Source: a virus
Taxonomy: Duplodnaviria; Caudoviricetes
IMG/VR virus record: IMGVR_UViG_3300027849_000851
Coordinates: 1-28,073 of that record
Strand: one strand, 5' to 3'
DNA length: 28,073 nt
Shown here: positions 15,200-23,665 of the stretch, one piece after another
How the letters are laid out: every line of letters starts with the position of its first letter
How positions within the stretch are numbered: position 1 is the stretch's first letter
The notes under the pieces: model-generated
What the model was told of the DNA's origin: nothing
Seen by the model: the letters and a program-made list of their open reading frames with translations, nothing else
The model's database searches: none
Translations under genes and position numbers: made by a program

Positions 15200-15680
15200 T
15201 TCAGTAAGTAAATGGTCAGAAACCAACAATACAACAATTTCATCTCCAAAAAATAAAAAAATGAGCGATAGAGAAATTATGAATGCTAAGGGGGGCTTAA
15301 AAGTTCCAAAAAAGAAAATACAAGATTTTATAGATGATGAAACAAATCAAATCATAACTATTTTTGAGGAGGAATACCCAGAGTTATCAAACGAGTTCCA
15401 AGTTATACAAGATGAAATGTATGAAATGTTTGCTCGTAAACACATGGATTATGGTTTAAATAACATTGCTTTAGGTGGTGATTTAACCAATAAGGAAGAT
15501 AAAAAATTCTCATTAACTGGGTTATGCATTAGACTTACAGATAAAATTTCACGCCTAAAAAATCTATTAGTAAATGGTAGATCATTTGTTAAAGGTGAAG
15601 GTATGGAAGATACATTTATTGACATTGCTAATTATGGAATAATCGGTCTTTTAGTAGGTCGTGATAAATGGAAGAAATAA
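15192..15680 (+). CDS. nucleotide-modification-associated domain 1 (Nmad1/DUF1599-like) protein
   Basis: FARKHMDYG...IRLTDKISRLKNL...EDTFIDIANYGII pattern. Confidence 0.8.
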   Translation: MGSSVSKWSETNNTTISSPKNKKMSDREIMNAKGGLKVPKKKIQDFIDDETNQIITIFEEEYPELSNEFQVIQDEMYEMFARKHMDYGLNNIALGGDLTNKEDKKFSLTGLCIRLTDKISRLKNLLVNGRSFVKGEGMEDTFIDIANYGIIGLLVGRDKWKK

Positions 15681-15681
15681 A

Positions 15682-16545
15682 ATGGCTAAAAAGAAGTTTG
15701 ATGATTTAATGGATGATGCTTATTCATCTGAAAATAAAATAGTTGTAGACTGTTTTACTTTTTATAATGAATTAGATATGTTAGAATTTCGTTTAACAGA
15801 ATTAGATGAAATTGTAGATATTTTTATTATAGTTGAAGCAACTAAAACACACTCTGGAAAAGAAAAGGAATTAAACTTCCAAAAAAATAAAAAAAGGTTT
15901 AGTAAATGGTTACACAAGATATATTATTATGTAGTTGATGATTTACCTTTAGGTCAGGATAGTTCACATGATTGGTTTAGAGAAGAATACCAAAGAGATG
16001 CTATTAAAAAACCTTTATCACATTTAAGCTTAAAACCAAAAGACATAATTATTTTATCAGATTTAGATGAAATACCTGACACAGATACTATAGCAGAATT
16101 TAAAAGAACTAGTGTACCTCATGGGGCGGTTGGGTTGTGTATGGATTGGTATTACTATAATCTAACAACCAGACTAAATGCTAAACATGATCCCATTAAA
16201 TCAACTAAATGTAAGGTTTTTCATTACCAATCAATGTTTAGTGAAATGTTATCAATGACAAATATTAGACATGCAGAATGGTTTGCTATTTTAGAAGGGG
16301 GATGGCATCTTTCATTTTTTATGACACCCGAAAAAATTATTGAAAAATTAGAATCTTACGCACACCAAGAATTTAATACTGATGAAATTAAAGATCCTGA
16401 AAAGATCAGGAGATTAATAACTGAAGGGAAAGATTTATTCCCCGAAAGAGAAGAAAGTAATTATTTTTACCAGTTACCTGTTAAGGATAATGATTACCTT
16501 CCAAAAAAATATAAGTTTTGGCTAGAAAAATCCCGAGTATTGTAA
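15682..16545 (+). CDS. glycosyltransferase family 17 (beta-1,4-GlcNAc transferase-like)
   Basis: DCFTFYNELDMLEFRL, VEATKTHSGKEK, REEYQRD, SDLDEIP, GGWHLSFF and SYAHQE motifs. Likely start is ATG 15682. Confidence 0.88.
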   Translation: MAKKKFDDLMDDAYSSENKIVVDCFTFYNELDMLEFRLTELDEIVDIFIIVEATKTHSGKEKELNFQKNKKRFSKWLHKIYYYVVDDLPLGQDSSHDWFREEYQRDAIKKPLSHLSLKPKDIIILSDLDEIPDTDTIAEFKRTSVPHGAVGLCMDWYYYNLTTRLNAKHDPIKSTKCKVFHYQSMFSEMLSMTNIRHAEWFAILEGGWHLSFFMTPEKIIEKLESYAHQEFNTDEIKDPEKIRRLITEGKDLFPEREESNYFYQLPVKDNDYLPKKYKFWLEKSRVL

Positions 16546-17492
16546 AGGAGATAAAGAATAACCCACCTCCTGGAATCAATTTTGCCTTCCAGAAGAATAT
16601 TAGTTATTCCCAAATGTCTATTTTTAGAGGTTGTCCTCATCGTTGGAAACTCCAATATAAGGATAAGATAAAGAAATTTACGTCTTCTATCCATACTGTT
16701 TTTGGTACTGCTATACACGAAGTAATACAACATTATTTAGATGTAATGTACGAAAAATCAGCAGCATTTGCTGATAGGGATATAAACATGGAAGAAATAT
16801 TCCAAGAAAAGTTTATAGGCGAATATCAAAAACAATATAAACAAAATAAAAACAACCACTTTTCCGATGCTGTTGAAATGAGGGAGTTTTTTGAAGATGG
16901 TATCGCTATATTAGAATGGTTTAAGAAAAAACGTAGCAGATATTTTAGTAAAAAGGGTACATATTTAGTAGGTTGTGAAGTACCGCTAGTAATAGCGCCA
17001 AATAAAATGTATAATAACGTATTATACATGGGGTATCTAGATGTCGTCACGTACCATGAAGCAACAGAGACATTCAAGATAATCGACATAAAGACCAGTA
17101 CTAAAGGGTGGAATGATTACGCTAAAAAGGATGAAGATAAACAGTATCAATTGCTATTATACAAACAGTATTTTTCCGAGCAATATGGAATACCATTAGA
17201 TAAAATAGAAATTGAGTTTTTTATAGTTAAACGAAAAGTATTAGACGCAGATGATGAAAATATTTTATCACCATACCAAGCATATAGGGTACAACAGTTT
17301 ACCCCTCCAAGTGGAAAGATTAAATTAGGTAGAGCAAAAAACGCAATTGAAGATTTTATACATGAATGTTTTAACTCTAATGGTGACATTAAAGATGTTA
17401 TTTACCCCAAAACCCCTTCAAAATGGACGTGTAATTTCTGCCCTTATAAAACAGAAAAAGAATTATGTGGAGCGGGTTTAGACTTTTTGTAG
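16518..17492 (+). CDS. PD-(D/E)XK nuclease, Cas4/AddB-like
   Basis: ISYSQ...CP, FGTAIHE, GYLD, IIDIKTS, QLLLY and C-terminal CNFC-x8-C (Fe-S staple pattern). TTG start. Confidence 0.88.
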   Translation: MARKIPSIVKEIKNNPPPGINFAFQKNISYSQMSIFRGCPHRWKLQYKDKIKKFTSSIHTVFGTAIHEVIQHYLDVMYEKSAAFADRDINMEEIFQEKFIGEYQKQYKQNKNNHFSDAVEMREFFEDGIAILEWFKKKRSRYFSKKGTYLVGCEVPLVIAPNKMYNNVLYMGYLDVVTYHEATETFKIIDIKTSTKGWNDYAKKDEDKQYQLLLYKQYFSEQYGIPLDKIEIEFFIVKRKVLDADDENILSPYQAYRVQQFTPPSGKIKLGRAKNAIEDFIHECFNSNGDIKDVIYPKTPSKWTCNFCPYKTEKELCGAGLDFL

Positions 17493-17547
17493 ATTGGGGA
17501 ATATTCATATACGTATAGACAAATATAACGTTATTAAAAAATAAATT

Positions 17548-17736
17548 ATGGCAAATCCAAACAAAATGACACTAACGAGTGTTAAAGTTCAAGCAGATCT
17601 ATTTGAAAATTTTAAAATTGAGTGTGTAAAAAGAAAATTCTCATTTCAAAAATTATCCGACAGATCCATTTATCTATATCTTACAAACGAAGATTTTAGA
17701 AAACAAATTACAAGTCAAACAAATATAGAACTATAA
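17548..17736 (+). CDS. small putative ribbon-helix-helix DNA-binding protein
   Basis: Alternating beta strand LTSVKV followed by two amphipathic helices (DLFENFKIECVKR, SFQKLSDRSIYLYL). 62 aa. Confidence 0.6.
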   Translation: MANPNKMTLTSVKVQADLFENFKIECVKRKFSFQKLSDRSIYLYLTNEDFRKQITSQTNIEL

Positions 17737-17747
17737 AAGAAAATTTA

Positions 17748-19199
17748 ATGATGAATAAAAGTTTTGAATATCTTCCTAAGGATAAAAGGAAGAAAATACT
17801 ATTAGTGACAGATGACATTAGAGTACATTCTGGAGTTGCAACAGTAGGTAAAGAAATTGTAATACATACAGCTCATCGTTATAATTGGGTTCAAATTGCA
17901 GGTTCTATTAAACACCCAGAAGAGGGTAAGGTACTAGATATAAGTGTAGATGTAAGTAAATTCGCTGGAATTGATGATGCATCTTGTATGTTATATCCTG
18001 TAAATGGTTATGGAGATAGTAATCTTTTTAGACAAGTAGTAGCGCGAGAAAAACCAGATGCAATATTATTAATTACTGATCCAAGGTATTTCCACCATAT
18101 ATTTAAAATGGAACGAGAGATTAGAAAGAAAATTCCAATCACTTATTTAAATATTTGGGATGATTTACCTGCTCCCTTATATAACAAACCGTTTTACCAA
18201 TCATGTGATTTATTGATGGGTATTTCTAAACAAACTGTTTTTATTAATAAAACCGTATTAGGTGATGATATAGAAGATAGAATTTGTAATTATGTACCTC
18301 ACGGGCTAAACTCAGATATTTATAGACCAATATTAGAATTAGATAAATCCTATCCTAAATTCTTAGACTTTAAGAAAAAAGTACAGGGTAGTGATGATAT
18401 TGATTTTACCTTGTTCTTCAATTCAAGGAACATTAGAAGAAAACAAATCCCAGATAGTATGTTAGCTTTTAGAGGGTTATTAGATTCTTTACCATTAGAA
18501 AAGGCTAAAAAATGTAGGATGATTCTACATACTGAACCTTCATCAGATCATGGTACCGATTTAGTAAAGGTTACAGAGTTATTATTTGATGAAAAATATA
18601 AAGAGTGTATTATATTTTCTACAGCTAAGTTACCACCTGAAGAATTAAATTACTTATACAACATAGCTGATGCCCAAATATTACTAACTTCAAATGAAGG
18701 TTGGGGTTTAACACTTACAGAAGCAATATTAACAGGTACACCCATTATAGCTAATGTAACGGGAGGAATGCAAGATCAAATGAGGTTTGTTGATGGTAAA
18801 GGAGAATGGTTTACCCCAAATAGTGACGTACCATCTAACCATAGAGGTACTTACAAAGAGCATGGTGAATGGGCATTCCCAGTTTATCCAACAAGTAGAT
18901 CAATGCAAGGATCTCCTCCAACACCTTATATCTATGATGATAGATGTGCTTGGGAAGATGCAACAGAAAGATTAATAGAACTTTATAATATGGATCCTAA
19001 AGAAAGACAAAGGAGAGGTTATGAAGGACGAAAATGGGCGATTAGTGATGAAGCTGGGTTTACACACAAACATCAAGCTAGCAGGTTTATGGATTCTATA
19101 GAAGGACTATTTAGTACTTGGAAACCAAGAACAAAACACACTATCGTTAATACTAATGAATACAAAGGTAAATTTTTAAACCATAAATTAATATACTAA
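17748..19199 (+). CDS. GT-B glycosyltransferase (GT4 / group 1)
   Basis: SGVA, YVPHG, RNIRRK, EGWGLTLTEA..G.PIIA..TGG. Confidence 0.9.
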   Translation: MMNKSFEYLPKDKRKKILLVTDDIRVHSGVATVGKEIVIHTAHRYNWVQIAGSIKHPEEGKVLDISVDVSKFAGIDDASCMLYPVNGYGDSNLFRQVVAREKPDAILLITDPRYFHHIFKMEREIRKKIPITYLNIWDDLPAPLYNKPFYQSCDLLMGISKQTVFINKTVLGDDIEDRICNYVPHGLNSDIYRPILELDKSYPKFLDFKKKVQGSDDIDFTLFFNSRNIRRKQIPDSMLAFRGLLDSLPLEKAKKCRMILHTEPSSDHGTDLVKVTELLFDEKYKECIIFSTAKLPPEELNYLYNIADAQILLTSNEGWGLTLTEAILTGTPIIANVTGGMQDQMRFVDGKGEWFTPNSDVPSNHRGTYKEHGEWAFPVYPTSRSMQGSPPTPYIYDDRCAWEDATERLIELYNMDPKERQRRGYEGRKWAISDEAGFTHKHQASRFMDSIEGLFSTWKPRTKHTIVNTNEYKGKFLNHKLIY

Positions 19200-20503
19200 T
19201 GAGTAAACCAAGTTTTTATATAAGTTCACCCTTTAACACTTATAGTGGTTATGGAGCAAGAGCAAGAGACATTATTAAATCAATTGTAGAATTAGACAAA
19301 TATGATGTTAAGTTATTAAGTCAAAGATGGGGAGATTGCACATCAGGGTTCTGTAATGACCATCCTGAATTTGATTTTTTGAACAAACTATCAGTACCGG
19401 GTATACCTAAGGGTGTACAAGCTGATATTTGGATGCAGATTACTATTCCAAGTGAATTTCAACCTATAGGAAAATATAACATTGGTTGTACCGCGGGTAT
19501 TGAAAGTACAGGTTGTGATGGTTCATGGGTTGAGGGGTTAAATAAAATGAATATGAATTGGGTTTCTTCCCAACATAGTAAATCGGTATTTGAAAATGTT
19601 ACCTTTGATAAAAGAGATAATAATACTAAACAAGTAATAGGACAAATAAAATCAACTAAACCAATACACGTTGTATTTGAGGGTGCTGATTTAGATGTTT
19701 ACAAATATTTACCTCCTAATGAAGTAAAGTTAGATTTAAGTGAGATTAAGGAATCATTTTGTTATTTATTTGTTGGTATGTGGATGGCCGGAGACATGGG
19801 TCATGATAGAAAAAATATAGGTCAAACTATAAGTATATTTCTGGAAACATTTAAAAATAAGAAAAATCCTCCTGCTTTAATCTTAAAAACATCTGAAGGT
19901 GTAGAAAATTATATAAGTACAGATAATATATTAGGTAAAATAAAAGCAATAAGAAACAAAATTAAAAATGCTAATAGCTTACCTAACGTTTATTTATTAA
20001 ATGGGGATTTTAATAATTCTGAGATAAATGAATTATATAATCATCCTAAAGTAAAGGCAATGGTTAGTTTTACTAAAGGGGAAGGTTTTGGTAGACCCCT
20101 ATTGGAATTCGGTTTATCTAAAAAACCAATCATAGCTTCAAATTGGTCAGGACAATTAGATTTTTTAAATCCTGATTATACAGTTTTAATCCCAGGAAAA
20201 TTAGAACCTGTCCATAAAAGTGCAGCTAATAAATTTTTATTACCTCAAACTTCATGGTTTGCTCCTGATGTACACCAAATAAATAGAGTATTTAAAAATT
20301 CATTTGAAAAATACAAAACATTAATAGTTAAAGCTAAACAACAAGGGCATTATGTTAAAACTAACTTTAGTTATAGTCACATGAAGGAATTAGTAGGTAA
20401 TATTTTAGATAAAAACATACCAGAATTTGCTAAAGAAATGAATTTAACTATGCCTACAGATATTAAATTTAACACTGACGTACAACTACCTAAAATAAAA
20501 TAA
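19199..20503 (+). CDS. GT-B glycosyltransferase (GT4 / group 1)
   Basis: SGYG, RKNI, GEGFGRPLLE, PIIASNWSG. Confidence 0.88.
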   Translation: MSKPSFYISSPFNTYSGYGARARDIIKSIVELDKYDVKLLSQRWGDCTSGFCNDHPEFDFLNKLSVPGIPKGVQADIWMQITIPSEFQPIGKYNIGCTAGIESTGCDGSWVEGLNKMNMNWVSSQHSKSVFENVTFDKRDNNTKQVIGQIKSTKPIHVVFEGADLDVYKYLPPNEVKLDLSEIKESFCYLFVGMWMAGDMGHDRKNIGQTISIFLETFKNKKNPPALILKTSEGVENYISTDNILGKIKAIRNKIKNANSLPNVYLLNGDFNNSEINELYNHPKVKAMVSFTKGEGFGRPLLEFGLSKKPIIASNWSGQLDFLNPDYTVLIPGKLEPVHKSAANKFLLPQTSWFAPDVHQINRVFKNSFEKYKTLIVKAKQQGHYVKTNFSYSHMKELVGNILDKNIPEFAKEMNLTMPTDIKFNTDVQLPKIK

Positions 20504-20504
20504 T

Positions 20505-20948
20505 ATGAAATACGATGAAATAGTAGATTGCCCTAAATCAGGTGGGGATTTATGTTATAGAATAGAAGTTAATGGCGACATAACCAATTACATGAGCTTG
20601 TCTTGTGGTTTTTGGACTAATACTCTTATGAAGAAAGGATCAGATTTTTATAAGGAACAAATAGAAGCTTTACCTGAATTGTATAAGGATTTAGCTTGGA
20701 CTGACCCAAAAACTAATCTTATTTGGCTTCCTAATACAATAAATTTACCTGAACAGGGAATGCTATTCGCTTCAGGACCAGATAAAGATAATTGGGCATG
20801 GGGAGCTGTAAAATCAGTCGATGTTCCTGAAGAAGATAGAGAGAAATATAAAGGTCAAACACATAGAGCTGATATGACTACTATACAATACTTTAAAGAA
20901 CGTGACTATATAGATGCTCTTTCGTATATTGGAATATTACCAGAATAG
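20505..20948 (+). CDS. hypothetical protein (degenerate N-terminal zinc-ribbon pattern)
   Basis: 147 aa ORF in the operon, with CPKSG...SLSCGF. Confidence 0.75.
   Translation: MKYDEIVDCPKSGGDLCYRIEVNGDITNYMSLSCGFWTNTLMKKGSDFYKEQIEALPELYKDLAWTDPKTNLIWLPNTINLPEQGMLFASGPDKDNWAWGAVKSVDVPEEDREKYKGQTHRADMTTIQYFKERDYIDALSYIGILPE
20901..20930 (+). promoter_or_regulatory. putative internal promoter CGTG-N17-TCGTATATT
   Basis: Same variant as the 10463 site, 20 nt upstream of ATG 20951. Confidence 0.6.
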
Positions 20949-20950
20949 AT

Positions 20951-21574
20951 ATGAAGATAAGTTATGCAATAACCGTTTGTAATGAATTAGATGAGATAAC
21001 TAAATTACTTAATTTATTATTAAAACGAAGACGTAAATCAGATGAAATTATAGTTTTATTTGATAAAAAAGGTGGCACACCAGAAGTATGGTCTCGTTTA
21101 CAAGAACTAAATGATGAAGAAAATTGTACTGTACATTCAGCTACATTTAAAAATCATTTTGCTGATTGGAAGAATAAGTTAACAAAGTTATGTAATGGAG
21201 ATTATATTTTTCAAATTGATGCCGACGAATACCCACATGAAACATTATTATCACATTTACCAGGTATAATAGAAGGCAATCCAGATAATGAAGTTTTTTT
21301 AGTACCTAGAGTAAATACAGTACAGGGGTTAAATGATATTTACATTAAACAATGGGGTTGGAGATTAAATGAAAAAAAGTGGGTTAATTGGCCTGATCAT
21401 CAATGGCGTATTTGGAAAAACAAACCCGAAATTAAATGGGTAAACAAGGTACATGAAGTATTAGAAGGGCATAAAACCTTTGCAGCCATACCCCCAATGG
21501 AAGAATTAGCTTTGTATCACCCAAAAGCAATAGATAGGCAAGTTAAACAAAACGAATACTATAATACTTTATAA
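20951..21574 (+). CDS. glycosyltransferase family 2
   Basis: ISYAITVCNE, YIFQIDADE (DxD), PD.Q.R and VHE motifs. Confidence 0.88.
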   Translation: MKISYAITVCNELDEITKLLNLLLKRRRKSDEIIVLFDKKGGTPEVWSRLQELNDEENCTVHSATFKNHFADWKNKLTKLCNGDYIFQIDADEYPHETLLSHLPGIIEGNPDNEVFLVPRVNTVQGLNDIYIKQWGWRLNEKKWVNWPDHQWRIWKNKPEIKWVNKVHEVLEGHKTFAAIPPMEELALYHPKAIDRQVKQNEYYNTL

Positions 21575-21579
21575 ATAAT

Positions 21580-22800
21580 ATGAACAAACCAGAACAATCA
21601 ATTCCATTATTTAAAGTTTATATGAATCCATCAGCAAAAGATGCAGCGTGTGAGGTATTAGATAGTGGTTACATAGGACAAGGACCAAAAGTAGATGAGT
21701 TTGAAAAACAACTTGGAGATTATTTTGGTAATAAAAAAGTAGTAACTACAAATGCTGGAACATCAGCATTACATTTAGCATTACACCTTTTAAAAAAACC
21801 TAAGGAAAATTGGATGGAAGATGTATTCCAAGGTATTGCATTTATATCTCATAATTGGCCTGGTATTCAAGAAGGAGATGAAGTTTTAGCAACTGCTTTA
21901 ACTTGTACTGCATCTAATTGGCCAATTGTAGCAAATGGGTTAAAAATTAAATGGGTAGATATAGACCCAACAACTCTTAATATGGATTTGGAAGATTTAA
22001 AAAGAAAGATGACTCCAAAAACGAAAGCTATTATAGGAGTTCATTGGGGTGGATATCCATTAGATTTAGACAAAATCACAGATATTAGAGTTGAATTTAA
22101 AAAAGAACATGGATGGGCTCCCGCTCTTATAGAAGATGGTGCACATTCAATTGGTACAAAATATAAAGGTAAGTATTTAGGTAACCATGGAAATTTTGTG
22201 ATGAACTCATTACAAGCAATTAAACATATTACAGCGGTAGATGGTGGTATATTATATTGCCCACACGATGAATTGTATGAAAGAGCTAAATTACTTAGAT
22301 GGTATGGTATAGATAGAAGCCCAAAAGGCAGAACTGATTTTAGATGCGAAGCAGATATTGAAGAATGGGGTTTTAAATTCCATATGAATGATTTATGTGC
22401 CGCTATTGGAATGGAAAATTTTAAATCCGTAGATACAATCATTTCTAAACATAAATCAAATGCCGCTTATTATGATGAAAATCTAAAAGATGTAAAGGGA
22501 GTTACGTTACTAAAAAGAGAAGATGGATTTGAATCCGCATTTTGGATTTACACAATGTTAGTAGATGATAGACCTTCATTTTATAAACATATGAAAGAAT
22601 GTAATATTACAGTATCCCAAGTACACGAGAGAAATGATAAACATAGTTGTATGGCTGAATTTAAATCAGAACTACCAAACTTAGATAAAACAATCGGTAA
22701 CATAGTATCAATCCCCGTTGGTTGGTGGGTTACTGATGAAGAAAGAAATTATATAGTAAATTGCATCAGAAATTGGAAGTATGGAAGATTTACCTATTAA
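21580..22800 (+). CDS. DegT/DnrJ/EryC1/StrS PLP-dependent sugar aminotransferase
   Basis: GPKVDEFE, GTSALHLAL, VHWGG, IEDGAHS and SLQAIKHITAVDGG (PLP lysine). Confidence 0.93.
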   Translation: MNKPEQSIPLFKVYMNPSAKDAACEVLDSGYIGQGPKVDEFEKQLGDYFGNKKVVTTNAGTSALHLALHLLKKPKENWMEDVFQGIAFISHNWPGIQEGDEVLATALTCTASNWPIVANGLKIKWVDIDPTTLNMDLEDLKRKMTPKTKAIIGVHWGGYPLDLDKITDIRVEFKKEHGWAPALIEDGAHSIGTKYKGKYLGNHGNFVMNSLQAIKHITAVDGGILYCPHDELYERAKLLRWYGIDRSPKGRTDFRCEADIEEWGFKFHMNDLCAAIGMENFKSVDTIISKHKSNAAYYDENLKDVKGVTLLKREDGFESAFWIYTMLVDDRPSFYKHMKECNITVSQVHERNDKHSCMAEFKSELPNLDKTIGNIVSIPVGWWVTDEERNYIVNCIRNWKYGRFTY

Positions 22801-23665
22801 CTTTGATAATAAAGAAGATTATTTTGCTCATTTAAAGGAAATCCCTTTAGTAAGATCATCCTCACAGAATAAACATAATATCGATTTATTCCATATCCAT
22901 ATCCCAAAAACCGGTGGTATGTCTATTAAAAACTATGTTTATGGTGATAATGAACATTATAATAATTTTGGTCATGGTAAAGCGTGGAGATTACAAGAAC
23001 ATTTTAATGACTCTGGAAATAAAGAAGAGTGGGATAACTATTATAAATTTGCAGTAGTTAGAAACCCATGGGATATTTTATGGTCAGGGTATAAGTATAC
23101 TAAATGGGGAGGTAGAGATATAAACACTCACACCTCTTCACCTGCTATGATCGAGGCTTTCATACCCACCCAAATTTATAACCCACAAACCCCAGTATCT
23201 GATGAATTCATAAGAAATCTACATAAAAAAAATGTTGGGGCCTTAAGAGGCAAACTTGATAATAATAAAGTTGCCCCTTCATTTAAAAAATATGTTGAAA
23301 TAATATATAATTCAAGAAATAAAAACCCATTCAATGGTAAATTAATAGAAAAATATTCTCCAGTATTAGGCTATAATGTTTTTGTAAATATGCCTTATAC
23401 AGCGTATCAATATCCTTATGTTATAGATTTTAAAACTAAAGAAAATATAGTTGATTATATAGGTAAATTTGAAGAAATGGATAAAGTTATGTTGCATCTT
23501 GCACAAGTTGCAAAAGATGCTAATATAGTTTTTAATTATAACTCATATGCTAAAAATGTAACAGCCAATGAAGTACACTATAAAAATATGTACGATGATG
23601 ATATGATTAACATGGTAGGTAAAATATATAAAGAAGATATAAAACGATTTAACTACGATTACTAA
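22781..23665 (+). CDS. sulfotransferase family 2 protein
   Basis: 5'-PSB motif HIPKTGGMS, 3'-PB motif VRNPWD..WSGY, IGKFEE and Y.EDIKRFNY. Confidence 0.85.
   Translation: MEDLPINFDNKEDYFAHLKEIPLVRSSSQNKHNIDLFHIHIPKTGGMSIKNYVYGDNEHYNNFGHGKAWRLQEHFNDSGNKEEWDNYYKFAVVRNPWDILWSGYKYTKWGGRDINTHTSSPAMIEAFIPTQIYNPQTPVSDEFIRNLHKKNVGALRGKLDNNKVAPSFKKYVEIIYNSRNKNPFNGKLIEKYSPVLGYNVFVNMPYTAYQYPYVIDFKTKENIVDYIGKFEEMDKVMLHLAQVAKDANIVFNYNSYAKNVTANEVHYKNMYDDDMINMVGKIYKEDIKRFNYDY

Noticed and set aside
16518-17492. CRISPR-Cas system suggested by the Cas4-like nuclease
   Set aside because: No repeat-spacer array or other cas genes were seen. Solo Cas4-like nucleases are common in phage replication modules.
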